Of a DNA stretch of 64,000 nt, positions 9,690-18,534 are shown in pieces. Source of the stretch: Candidatus Micrarchaeota archaeon (lineage in GTDB: Archaea > Micrarchaeota > Micrarchaeia > Norongarragalinales > SBBD01); assembly GCA_018819225.1 (NCBI GenBank), contig JAHJQN010000003.1:192001-256000 (forward strand), read 5' to 3'. Made by a program: the position numbers and the translations under genes. Below the pieces are notes generated by a model. It was not told the DNA's origin, ran no database searches, and was given only the letters and a program-made list of their open reading frames with translations. Numbering within the stretch: the first letter of the stretch is position 1; each line of letters begins with the position of its first letter.

Positions 9690-11186
9690 TCACGCATGAA
9701 CCGGATCAGAACGCAGTTGGCTAGCTATGATTTGTTGGCATGCAAGCAGGAACGCGGACTCGTTTTCAGCCGAGGAGGAAAAGGACGCGCCCGCCGCAAT
9801 CGAATGCCCGCCGCCATAGCCGTTCACTTTCAAAGAAGCGTTTTGCATGACGCGACCGAGGTGAATTCCTTTCTCGATCAAGGGTTTGGACGCGCGCGAA
9901 GAGACTTTGACGAGGCCGTTATCATCCATACTGAACGCAATCACGGGCTTGACCTGTTTGACGGCACCCGAATTAAAGAAGGCGCCGGCCACCGTGCCGA
10001 TCACGGAATCCGGGATATGCGAACGCGCGTCCAAAAAATAGAATGCGCCCATGTCCTCTGCATGGCGTCTGGCAAAGGAAATCCCCTTCCGGATGGCGAG
10101 CCGGTGCTGTCGAAGCATGCGCTTGGCTTCCTCGAACACGGAACGATTTCCGGACGCCAAAGCCACGCCTAAATCCGGTCGGTCGTGACGGCCGCACGCA
10201 TTTAACAGCGTCGAAAACTCATAGGCGTCGAACAACTCGCTCGCGGAATCCTCGTCCGGAAACAAATAAACCGGACCCAACAACGATTTGAGTTCTTTCT
10301 CGGGAACGCCGCGCCCCGCACCGTACGCGATCAACGCGCCTCGGAGAGTAAAACGCTGTTCATGCGAGAGATCGTTGTACCGAAGCCACCTGCGCTCGCC
10401 ATTCCGGGATTCCACGAACGGAATGCCGTGTCGGAAGAGAAACAATGCGGACTGTTTGTCGGAACCGGAAAGGCCGGGAAGAAGGGGTTCCGAACAAAAA
10501 CTGATAAACGACACGAGGCCGCGCGAAACGCGACCGAAAATACGCAAGTCATTCTCGACGCGAACCACACCGAGCTTCTGCGCTTGTTGAAGCAACAAAC
10601 GGTTCGCGCCCACCAAGCCTTCGCGATCCTGCACGTCTCCCACGGCGCCGACGAGAGCGGATTGAGCCATGTGCTTGGCGGCTGCCACGGGAACATGAGC
10701 ACTAAACGCAAAAAAAGCAGTGGAAGCCGAGCAGGCGTCATGAGCGCCATCCATGCCGAACCGATGCGGGTTTACGAGATGCAATGAATCCGGGAGCGCG
10801 TCTTCCTCCGGAGGATGATGGTCCAGAATGGCAACCATCTTAGGGGCGAGCGCAATACGCGCCAAATCCTTGAGAAAGCCCGCGGATAAATCACAGATTA
10901 ACAGGCAAGGCTCCGGCGCCTCCGAAAGAGTGCGGATCGCGTTCGGATCCATCTTCTTCAGCGCCACGGTTCGAAACAAAACCTTTTTTTCCGTTAATGC
11001 CCGGTGACAGATCCCGGCAGCCGAAAGGCCGTCGGCATCAAAATGGTGGACCAAGACAACAGAGGACTGGCGCAACACGCGCTCCCCCACTTCCGAAGCG
11101 TATTTCCGGAATGCCCGAAGCTGTTGCTGACTCACCGTCTCTTTTTGAACGAGACTGCTGGCCGGCGCAAAATCCGAGAATTCCAT
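9690..11186 (-). CDS. DHH-family phosphoesterase, archaeal RecJ/Cdc45-like (GAN/HAN-type) nuclease
   Basis: HHFDADG, LDHH, VGAVGDVQD, EFSTLLNACGR, KVSSR, GGGHSIAAGA (DHH plus DHHA1 domains). Confidence 0.9.
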   Translation of the reverse strand: MEFSDFAPASSLVQKETVSQQQLRAFRKYASEVGERVLRQSSVVLVHHFDADGLSAAGICHRALTEKKVLFRTVALKKMDPNAIRTLSEAPEPCLLICDLSAGFLKDLARIALAPKMVAILDHHPPEEDALPDSLHLVNPHRFGMDGAHDACSASTAFFAFSAHVPVAAAKHMAQSALVGAVGDVQDREGLVGANRLLLQQAQKLGVVRVENDLRIFGRVSRGLVSFISFCSEPLLPGLSGSDKQSALFLFRHGIPFVESRNGERRWLRYNDLSHEQRFTLRGALIAYGAGRGVPEKELKSLLGPVYLFPDEDSASELFDAYEFSTLLNACGRHDRPDLGVALASGNRSVFEEAKRMLRQHRLAIRKGISFARRHAEDMGAFYFLDARSHIPDSVIGTVAGAFFNSGAVKQVKPVIAFSMDDNGLVKVSSRASKPLIEKGIHLGRVMQNASLKVNGYGGGHSIAAGASFSSSAENESAFLLACQQIIASQLRSDPVHA

Positions 11187-11297
11187 CAACGAAAGAATAC
11201 GCGGACAAGAATTATTAACGGAACCGGAACCGTACGGCCAACGCATGGAGGCAACGTTAATAAAAGCGCGCCGCGTGCAAGGAGCGGGGTGCGAAAC

Positions 11298-12377
11298 ATG
11301 CGAATAGAGACGGCCGTTTGTGTCGAAGAAAACGAATCCCTCAGTAAAGCCATCGGATACCTGAAGGAAACCGATTTCCTGATCATGACGCGGAAAGGAA
11401 AATACGCCGGAGAAATCACGGCGAACCAGCTCGTATGGTACACGGGAGATGCCCGCGCCACGAAAGCGGCCACCGTTGCCCGAAAAGGGACGGTGATGTA
11501 CGAACCATTAAACGACGACCATATTCTGCAGAAATTTGCCGAAGGACGAATCGAAGGAGCCGCCGTATTGGACGAGAGGATGCGCGTCAGGGGCATATTG
11601 AATAAAAAGAACATTCTGGAACTTGCGGAATCCTACGCCGAACTTAAAACGAGTAAGGTACGGGACGTGATGACGCCCGCGTACACGATTGACAAAGACA
11701 GCACGATCGATCAGGCGAATCGGCTCATGACGAGGAACCGGCTCCAACAACTCGTGGTCACCGAAGGAAAAAAAGCGGTTGGAAAATTCTCCGAACTCGA
11801 CATGGTGCGAAACGTCAAGCCGTACCTGCATCAATCCGATCGCTCGCGTACCGTCCGAGCCAAGATGGACGTGGAAAAGGAGCGCGTTCAGAACGTGATG
11901 AGCGCGCTCGAAGACACGGATTACATCGCGGCCACGGATTCGCTCGCCGAAGCCGCCGAAAAACTGAGAATGCGAAACGAGTGCATCCCATTAATCGTTA
12001 TCGACCAGGGGAAACTCAAGGGCCTGATCGGTTTCCACGAAGTCATTCAGATGCTGGCGCCGCGACCCGAATCGAAAGTGACCATCGTGGGCCTTAAAGA
12101 AGAAGGCAAATTTTCGAAGCGATCCATCGAGGAAGAAGCCCGGAAATTATTGAAGCGCGTCGGCGGGGAAGGCCACGTGCAGCTCCACGTGAAAAGCAAA
12201 CGCAAAGGGAAACATCGCAAAGAGTATGAGGTCGCGGGTCGCTTGCGCGTCGACGGGGAAGAGGTATATGCGAATCCCTCGCGCTTGAAACACCGGAACT
12301 ACGGCGATTTGCACCAGGGAATCAAAGACGCGTTAGACGCGCTGCAGAGAATCTGGGAACGGCGCATCCGGAAATGA
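11298..12377 (+). CDS. Tandem CBS-domain protein with C-terminal HPF/RaiA-like domain (candidate ribosome hibernation factor)
   Basis: Four CBS-like repeats (e.g. KVRDVMTPAYTIDKDSTIDQA), then a basic beta-alpha-beta-beta-beta-alpha-like segment ending YGDLHQGIKDALDALQR. Confidence 0.75.
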   Translation: MRIETAVCVEENESLSKAIGYLKETDFLIMTRKGKYAGEITANQLVWYTGDARATKAATVARKGTVMYEPLNDDHILQKFAEGRIEGAAVLDERMRVRGILNKKNILELAESYAELKTSKVRDVMTPAYTIDKDSTIDQANRLMTRNRLQQLVVTEGKKAVGKFSELDMVRNVKPYLHQSDRSRTVRAKMDVEKERVQNVMSALEDTDYIAATDSLAEAAEKLRMRNECIPLIVIDQGKLKGLIGFHEVIQMLAPRPESKVTIVGLKEEGKFSKRSIEEEARKLLKRVGGEGHVQLHVKSKRKGKHRKEYEVAGRLRVDGEEVYANPSRLKHRNYGDLHQGIKDALDALQRIWERRIRK

Positions 12378-12704
12378 TTAGTTCTTCCGAAGGGCGAGCA
12401 CCAGCGCCCACGAACGCTCGAAACCGAACACGTCGGTCAACGAGACCAACGCATCGAAGACTCGGGTTCGGCCGCGCTGCTTCTCGCGTTTCAGAAGCGA
12501 ATCGACGGCCGCATTCAGTTCCTCTGCAAAATCGTCGGCATCCGGTTGAGTCGGGCCCACGAAGGCCAGCACGTGATCGTGCAGCTTGACGGAACGGCCA
12601 TCCATATTGAACAGTTCCCACTCGCGGTCATCCAGCGCCTCGACCGGACCGGAATAGACTTGCCGAAAGCCAAGGCGCTTGAGCTCTTCTTTCAAGGTGT
12701 GCAT
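12378..12704 (-). CDS. Hypothetical protein (108 aa)
   Basis: Fills the gap between the convergent CBS gene and galT; AT-rich TATA-like region upstream; no recognisable motif. Confidence 0.55.
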   Translation of the reverse strand: MHTLKEELKRLGFRQVYSGPVEALDDREWELFNMDGRSVKLHDHVLAFVGPTQPDADDFAEELNAAVDSLLKREKQRGRTRVFDALVSLTDVFGFERSWALVLALRKN

Positions 12705-12768
12705 GAGACAACGAAAGCGATTAATGAAAATATCTTTATAAACGCTTGTCGGATAAAGGAATGAGTCC

Positions 12769-13662
12769 ATGGTCCAGGAGTTCCGAAAAGAACAGACGAA
12801 AAATATGGTCGTGTTGGTGGCCAGTGGACGCTCCAAACGACCGAGAGTATTTGGAAAAAAAGCGGCGTGTCCGTTCTGTCGCGGCGCCGAGCATACGACT
12901 CCGCCAACCACGTTCGCCCTACCGAATCCCGCGCAATGGAATGTCCGGGCGTTTCGGAATGCGTTCGGGCTCGTGAGCCCTCAAACATATCGTCCCTTTC
13001 GAAACGGACGCGCGCCCGCTTACGGAGAACATGAAGTCATCGTGGAGAACGACGAGCACGGCCGTTACTTTCCCTCGTTTTCATCGCAGGAATTGGCTCG
13101 GGTCTACGAGGCGTACGCCCACCGATACCACGCGCTGAAAAAAAGGAAACACGTCAAACACGTGCTGTTGTTCAAAAACCACGGGCGGAAAGCCGGGGCG
13201 AGCATCGAACACGAACACGCGCAAATCATTTCGCTGCCGTTCGTACCGCAACTCGTCGAAAACGAAACGCGGCATGCCGGTCACTTGATCCGGAAAATCA
13301 AAGAGGAAAAACAAAACGTTGTTTTCGAAAACGATTGGGCGTACGTATGGTGCCCGAGCTTTTCGCGCTTTTCATACGAAATGTGGATCGTGCCAAAAAA
13401 AAACGTGCCCTCCTTAATGGATTACGCCGAACGGGAATCGCGCGTTTTGATGAAGACGCTGCAACAATGCATTCGAAAACTGGAGACGATATCGGATTCG
13501 TACAACGTTCTTTTTTTCGAAAGCCCGAAGCGCACGCCATTGCAGGCACACGTCGAGCTGTTTCCGAGGCGAAGCGATTGGGCCGGGCTCGAACTCGGAG
13601 GAGGCATTATCGTGAACTCGAAAGAACCGCGCGAGGCCGCTAGAGAATTGCGCCGGCTCTGA
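12769..13662 (+). CDS. galT: Galactose-1-phosphate uridylyltransferase (GalT/HIT family)
   Basis: RSKRP, CPFC, YGEHEVIVE, FKNHGRKAGASIEHEHAQ (HxHxQ), AGLELGGG. Confidence 0.88.
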   Translation: MVQEFRKEQTKNMVVLVASGRSKRPRVFGKKAACPFCRGAEHTTPPTTFALPNPAQWNVRAFRNAFGLVSPQTYRPFRNGRAPAYGEHEVIVENDEHGRYFPSFSSQELARVYEAYAHRYHALKKRKHVKHVLLFKNHGRKAGASIEHEHAQIISLPFVPQLVENETRHAGHLIRKIKEEKQNVVFENDWAYVWCPSFSRFSYEMWIVPKKNVPSLMDYAERESRVLMKTLQQCIRKLETISDSYNVLFFESPKRTPLQAHVELFPRRSDWAGLELGGGIIVNSKEPREAARELRRL

Positions 13663-13663
13663 T

Positions 13664-14809
13664 TCATGCGGGCAGCCCCGAGAGCCCGAAATATAACGCG
13701 GAATCCGAAACCATCCAGTCCTCGACTTGCGGAGGCGTCGAAATATCCCCCATCGTGCGCAAACTACCGGGGTACGACAGGTTGAGGGTCATGACCTCGA
13801 AAGGCGTCAACGAATTCGCGCCCATCACCACGATCCAATACGTTCCTTTCGGAAGCGTTGAATCCGTCGGGAAACCAAACCGCGCGTCCCCAAAATCGCT
13901 GGGAAGTATCACCATACCGCGACGCGCCTCAAACAATACGCTGCCGGACGGCTTGCCTAAGGCGTCATGCCGTATCTGAACCGTGAATTCGCCTGCCGGA
14001 TTCTCGGAAAGACGGCGCACTCGAAGCACAATGCTCTTGATGCGAACCGTACTCGCCACGTCGAACTTCTGTGCGAGCCGATTGGAGCGGTCGACGCGCA
14101 TGGAAAGCCATTCGTGCGACTCTTGAATCACGCCCAAGGGAAGCACCGAAAGCTCTAATTCGACCTCGTCATTGGAACGGAGTTGGCCTTGAGGCGTGGA
14201 AAGCCTCGCAGTCAATTCATGAACGCCATCCACGTCAGGAGTCCATTTCAACGTCGCCGTGTCCCCGGAATCCAACTGGGAAATCATCATTTCATCGATA
14301 AACCGGTTACCCTCGAATAAGGAAACATTCACCGAATCAATGAATTCGGAGTCTGGACACGTGCCTTCAGCATACCGCACGGGAATTCGGAACGTATGCG
14401 TTTCGGAAAGGCGCAATTCCGAAGGAAGAGGGATGTCGCCGAAAAAGACGTCGGAAGGAATACAGTCCGTCGTAGGGGTTGAGGGCGCGGGCATGCGTTT
14501 CGTCCAAACGTAGTAAGCGCCGAGTTCACCGTACGAGGCGTCATAGAGAGTGAACAAGCGGTTCTTTGAAGGATCTCGGGAGTCTCCGAACACGGGTTCT
14601 CCGGATAACGCACCGGAAAGCAACTCCATTTCCACAAAGCCTTGCACGATGTCAAAGGTATTCGAATACGGAATGCCTTGGTAGAATCCGTCGGAAGGAG
14701 GAGGGGTGGAAGAGACAATGGGAGTCGGAGAAGGCAAGGCGTCGCCCTCGTTCACTAAGCAACCGGAAAGCAAAACAAAAAGCGCGAGGAACAGGATAAC
14801 GAATCGCAT
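13664..14809 (-). CDS. Lipoprotein with CARDB-like and C-terminal beta-sandwich domains
   Basis: Lipobox LLSGC; LKWTP..GVHELTARL (CARDB-like); RLAQKF...GKPSGSVL...LPKGTYWIVV jelly-roll-like domain. Confidence 0.7.
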   Translation of the reverse strand: MRFVILFLALFVLLSGCLVNEGDALPSPTPIVSSTPPPSDGFYQGIPYSNTFDIVQGFVEMELLSGALSGEPVFGDSRDPSKNRLFTLYDASYGELGAYYVWTKRMPAPSTPTTDCIPSDVFFGDIPLPSELRLSETHTFRIPVRYAEGTCPDSEFIDSVNVSLFEGNRFIDEMMISQLDSGDTATLKWTPDVDGVHELTARLSTPQGQLRSNDEVELELSVLPLGVIQESHEWLSMRVDRSNRLAQKFDVASTVRIKSIVLRVRRLSENPAGEFTVQIRHDALGKPSGSVLFEARRGMVILPSDFGDARFGFPTDSTLPKGTYWIVVMGANSLTPFEVMTLNLSYPGSLRTMGDISTPPQVEDWMVSDSALYFGLSGLPA

Positions 14810-14870
14810 GAAGGAAAGAGAACGCTGGAGAGAATAAAAGCGTTTATGTAGAAGGAAAAGACTCGGGGAA

Positions 14871-14922
14871 AATAAAAAAAGAAGAAAAAGAAAAAATAAA
14901 GAAAAGGGGCGTTGAGCCCCTT
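14871..14922 (-). terminator. Terminator of the S-layer gene (hairpin plus long U-tract)
   Basis: AAGGGGC-5nt-GCCCCTT stem at 14904-14922, just after the stop, followed on the minus strand by more than 30 nt of T-rich sequence. Confidence 0.75.
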
Positions 14923-14933
14923 CTTAGGGTTGC

Positions 14934-17519
14934 TTAACCTCTGACGCTGTCACGGTTCGACGCTAACCATCGAACGAGTTCCGTTCCTGCAGCTTGCGTG
15001 TCTGCAGCCGTGTAACCAAGCACGTAAACCTTCGAGCCCATCACTTTCACGATGGGTTCGCTGCCTGGTGCAACGGTGATACCCGCTCTCTGTGCATGCG
15101 AGTTGACAACCGGACCTCCGATTACAACGAGAGATGCCGTGTCGCCAGCCTCCGTGTCAAAGACAACGAGAGGACTGCCTGCCGAGAGTTTCGTAACAAC
15201 TGCCGCGTTCGACACGCTGGGTTTGAGGTTCGAGACGCCCGAGACGGTTCCCGTATTTTCCATTTCCTCGTCTTCGTCTGCCACAGTTTCGTCGACTGCC
15301 GCATCTGCGGTGATCTCCTTCACGAGGATGGAGTATCCGCCACCGATGTCTTGCGAGTCGCCTTCGGACAACGTGTAGTCGGCCTCGTTCGCGGACGCGC
15401 TAATACCAGATTGCGTCAACGTGAACTTGGCGTGCGCCACGGTCGTCGGGTAACTGAACGTAGCCGACGTCGAAGAGATGGCATTGAAGATGCCTCCACG
15501 GTTACTCGTGTAGCCAGGCTCTTTAGCAGCCACAGCCGGAGCCGTCGTGGGAAGGGCATCGACACCCAAACCATTTAGGGAGTCATAGCCTATCTTGTCG
15601 ATCGTCGTCGTTCCGATGGTGTTCACGAACTGGCGGAGCGTGCCGTCATATTGCAGCGTCCAGTGGAAGTTCGAACTCGCAGCGGTTCCCGACACTTGCG
15701 CGGTCGTTCCGTTCGCATCCTCCGTAATTTCGGGGATGAGAATCAGCGTTCCGTTGTGCGTCGCGGTTGCGCTGTCGTTAAAGCTCGTTCCGTTCCACGT
15801 GTTGTTCGTTACCTGAATTCCAGCGCTTTCCGTGCTGCTGTAGTGGTACAGCAAAGCGGTTGCGTTGTTGGCGTTCAGGGCACCACCTGTGGCTGACGTG
15901 TTGGTGATATACCAACCCGTTCCAGAGTCGTAATAGTATACGGTACCCTGGATGCCGCTGGTCGTGTTGAATTCCGACAGTTTAACGTAGACGGAGTCCA
16001 CGTTTTTCTGTAGCTGGAACGCATTGCTCTTTCCAGATTGGATGAGAACGAAGTCCTCAATAACCGCGGTCATATTACCCGTTGCAACTTCCGTGGCAAT
16101 GGGTAGTGTCTGCGATTTCTGGATAGAGAAGGTCAGCGAGTCGTAGTCCACATCCTCCAAGCCGAGGTAGTTGAACTTGAATCCAGCCAATCCCTTGATG
16201 ATGTCAATGGATTCGCCGGGGTTCAACGACGTGGCGATCGGAGTCTTGTAGATTTGGTCGACATCGTTGAAGATCTGGATGCGGGCAATTCCTTCCGAAG
16301 AGCCTACTGAAGCTCCCCAGATCATTGCCTTCCAGTTCTTGTGGCTGTCACCACCCGACACTTCCTGGTTGTGCGTGATGTCCAGTTTGTTGGAGTACAG
16401 CGAGACATCCGCATACGCTTCCTTCGCGAACGCTCCTGGGAACGCACTGTTCACTTTAATGACCAAGTTGTTCGCTTCAGAGACGGTCGTGGAGGTCGCG
16501 TTTTCATCAACGGTGATCTGCTTGATCAAGTTGTCGTTGGAGTCGGTAATGGTGAACGAAACTCGCGGTAACGCGTTAGCTCCATAACCAAATCCTGACA
16601 AGTCGACCAGCGTCACGGTAAATCCGTCCGGCGTGGTTGCCGAATCACCGACGCGCATGATATCCTTATGCTGGATCTCCTTTCCGAGAATGACTTGCGA
16701 CGCACCGGCTCCAGAGGCAGTGACTTCCATAATGGTCCACTTTTCACCCAAGAAGGTGATGCGCACATTGTTCTTCGTGACCTTGTCGTTGTCCGCACAG
16801 TTCGCATAGCTCTTTGAGGTATCCAAGCAGAGGGGGATGGGGTCCGTAAAGATGGCCTCATAACCCGTCTTAGCTTCCTTCGCCTGCAGGCTCTTCGACG
16901 TTTCGTCGTATTGAACCTTCGCGAGAGCATAGACGCGCTGCTCTTCCTTCGTGTTCGTAGAGCCCTTGGAGTAAGCGATTTTTCCATCGCTGGCAAGGTC
17001 TCCATGCGGAGAAAGCACCGGTGTCTTGTCCTTCGTGATGACCTTCGGCCCAACCGGGCTGTTGAACGACGTATTCGTCGTCGAGAAGGACGTGGTCGTA
17101 TTTCTCGTGGTGTCCGGGTTAAAGTCGACGTTGTCGTTCACGTACGCCTGCATGCTGAAAGCAGATGCAGGGTTTACGCCCGGCGTCGTCACGGTCAGCG
17201 TGACCTTCTTGTTAGAGAGATCGCACGAACCGGATCCGCCCGCGCCGCCGTTGCACGATAGCTGGTCGATACCCAAGACCGTTACTGCCTGGTCCTTGTA
17301 CGCAAGGTTTCCGATCATGGCTGCAATGTTAGCTGCAACCACTCCATCGGACGCCGCTGCGTTCGTACCCACCGCGATTTTCACGTTGGGCTCGCCGTTC
17401 GTAAAGAACGGGAAGGAACTCAGACCTGAGTCTACACTAACTGCTCCTGCAAACGCGGCTCCTAGCAAACCCATGCCGCTCGCAATCGCAGCTACTTTTT
17501 TTACGTTCAGGCTTCTCAC
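14934..17519 (-). CDS. S-layer protein (Methanococcales/Thermococcales-type)
   Basis: N-terminal KKVAAIASG signal; VKIAVGTNAAASDGVVAANIAAMIG; C-terminal LVVIGGPVVNS and GYTAADTQAA; many N-x-S/T sequons; GAGGTGA RBS; strong terminator. Confidence 0.9.
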   Translation of the reverse strand: MRSLNVKKVAAIASGMGLLGAAFAGAVSVDSGLSSFPFFTNGEPNVKIAVGTNAAASDGVVAANIAAMIGNLAYKDQAVTVLGIDQLSCNGGAGGSGSCDLSNKKVTLTVTTPGVNPASAFSMQAYVNDNVDFNPDTTRNTTTSFSTTNTSFNSPVGPKVITKDKTPVLSPHGDLASDGKIAYSKGSTNTKEEQRVYALAKVQYDETSKSLQAKEAKTGYEAIFTDPIPLCLDTSKSYANCADNDKVTKNNVRITFLGEKWTIMEVTASGAGASQVILGKEIQHKDIMRVGDSATTPDGFTVTLVDLSGFGYGANALPRVSFTITDSNDNLIKQITVDENATSTTVSEANNLVIKVNSAFPGAFAKEAYADVSLYSNKLDITHNQEVSGGDSHKNWKAMIWGASVGSSEGIARIQIFNDVDQIYKTPIATSLNPGESIDIIKGLAGFKFNYLGLEDVDYDSLTFSIQKSQTLPIATEVATGNMTAVIEDFVLIQSGKSNAFQLQKNVDSVYVKLSEFNTTSGIQGTVYYYDSGTGWYITNTSATGGALNANNATALLYHYSSTESAGIQVTNNTWNGTSFNDSATATHNGTLILIPEITEDANGTTAQVSGTAASSNFHWTLQYDGTLRQFVNTIGTTTIDKIGYDSLNGLGVDALPTTAPAVAAKEPGYTSNRGGIFNAISSTSATFSYPTTVAHAKFTLTQSGISASANEADYTLSEGDSQDIGGGYSILVKEITADAAVDETVADEDEEMENTGTVSGVSNLKPSVSNAAVVTKLSAGSPLVVFDTEAGDTASLVVIGGPVVNSHAQRAGITVAPGSEPIVKVMGSKVYVLGYTAADTQAAGTELVRWLASNRDSVRG

Positions 17520-17790
17520 AAAATCTCACCTCGAGATTCATGTTGCTGAAGACCCTATTTTTCAAAGATCTTCTCCGTCACTTTCCGCTTCACCGATGCG
17601 GGAGGCACCCGTGCTGTGAGCGTAACAAAACTTTCCACTCAAAAAGCGTTGCGTCATCAAAACCAACACATGCCTATTATTCGCATAACGCTTTTCTGCA
17701 GCACATAAAAAAATGAATTTCCTGCAGAGAGTGGGTGCATCTTGCTCCGCGCGTAGCAGATGGTTTTTCTCCCCTATTTAAACATTTCCT
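17520..17790 (-). promoter_or_regulatory. S-layer promoter (BRE/TATA) and structured 5' leader
   Basis: Minus-strand AGGAAATG-TTTAAATA at 17790-17775; several stems between 17522 and 17734 (see findings). Confidence 0.6.
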
Positions 17791-18101
17791 TTGCTCCCTG
17801 TCAATTGACGAAAAGGGATATCCGTAGAGACGTAAACCTGTCTCTTTTTCAGGAATTCTCCCTCTAAAAACCTAATTTTTATTAATTTCGGCTTTCGTCG
17901 ATTACGGGGTTTAAGCAAAAGCAAAAATAGCGAGAAAACAAACCCGAATAGCATACGTAACTAAAGGTTAATAAGCACGAGGAAAATGCCATAATGCAGC
18001 ACGTGCTGCATTTTGAAATAAGTAAAGCAAAAACGAGAAAAAAAGGGGTTCAAATATTAGAGGGGCGAACGGCTCCGGCACTAGTGCATCAGGTGATGCA
18101 T

Positions 18102-18275
18102 TTAGAAGTATCCGAATGCAATAGCCACTAACACCGATACCGCCAACAACTCCAGCACCAAGAACACTTTAAGCCGGTGGCTCATGAATGCCCGGCCTCC
18201 GCTTGGAGCAGCGTAGGAATCGGCGCGTTGATGTTGAATGCGGGCTTTCCGGACGGATTTTTTGCGTTTTTTCAT
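18102..18275 (-). CDS. Small basic protein with C-terminal TM helix (57 aa)
   Basis: MKKRKKSVRK...VFLVLELLAVSVLVAIAFGYF; codirectional just downstream of pcc1. Confidence 0.5.
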   Translation of the reverse strand: MKKRKKSVRKARIQHQRADSYAAPSGGRAFMSHRLKVFLVLELLAVSVLVAIAFGYF

Positions 18276-18291
18276 GGGGGTTTTCACCTTT

Positions 18292-18534
18292 TCATCCTTT
18301 TTCAATGAATGCGAACGTATCCCGCGCAATCTTCACATCGCGCAACAACGAGGTCGCGCGGGCGCGGAGGGCGGCAAAAGAATGGGATTCGATACGGCAA
18401 TATATAGCTTTCGGGTTTTTAGGCGCTGCTTTCACGCTTAAAACCACTTTACTGCTCTGGTCGCTCTTAATGACTTGGAGCGCGTGCTTCGCGTGCTTCG
18501 CACTCGAAAACTCTATCTCAAACGAGGCATTCAT
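18292..18534 (-). CDS. pcc1: KEOPS complex subunit Pcc1
   Basis: 80 aa; EIEFSSAKHAKHALQVI..D and IESHSFAALRARATSLLR pattern typical of Pcc1. Confidence 0.75.
   Translation of the reverse strand: MNASFEIEFSSAKHAKHALQVIKSDQSSKVVLSVKAAPKNPKAIYCRIESHSFAALRARATSLLRDVKIARDTFAFIEKG

Noticed and set aside
11004-11297. Long N-terminal extensions of the CBS ORF and the divergent DHH ORF
   Set aside because: They overlap each other head to head; starts at 11298 and 11186 leave a normal divergent promoter with AT-rich boxes.
18040-18101. Fluoride riboswitch or other known ncRNA
   Set aside because: GTTCGCC is present but the GATG...CTGATG consensus arrangement is not; no SRP, RNase P or 5S signatures were recognised.
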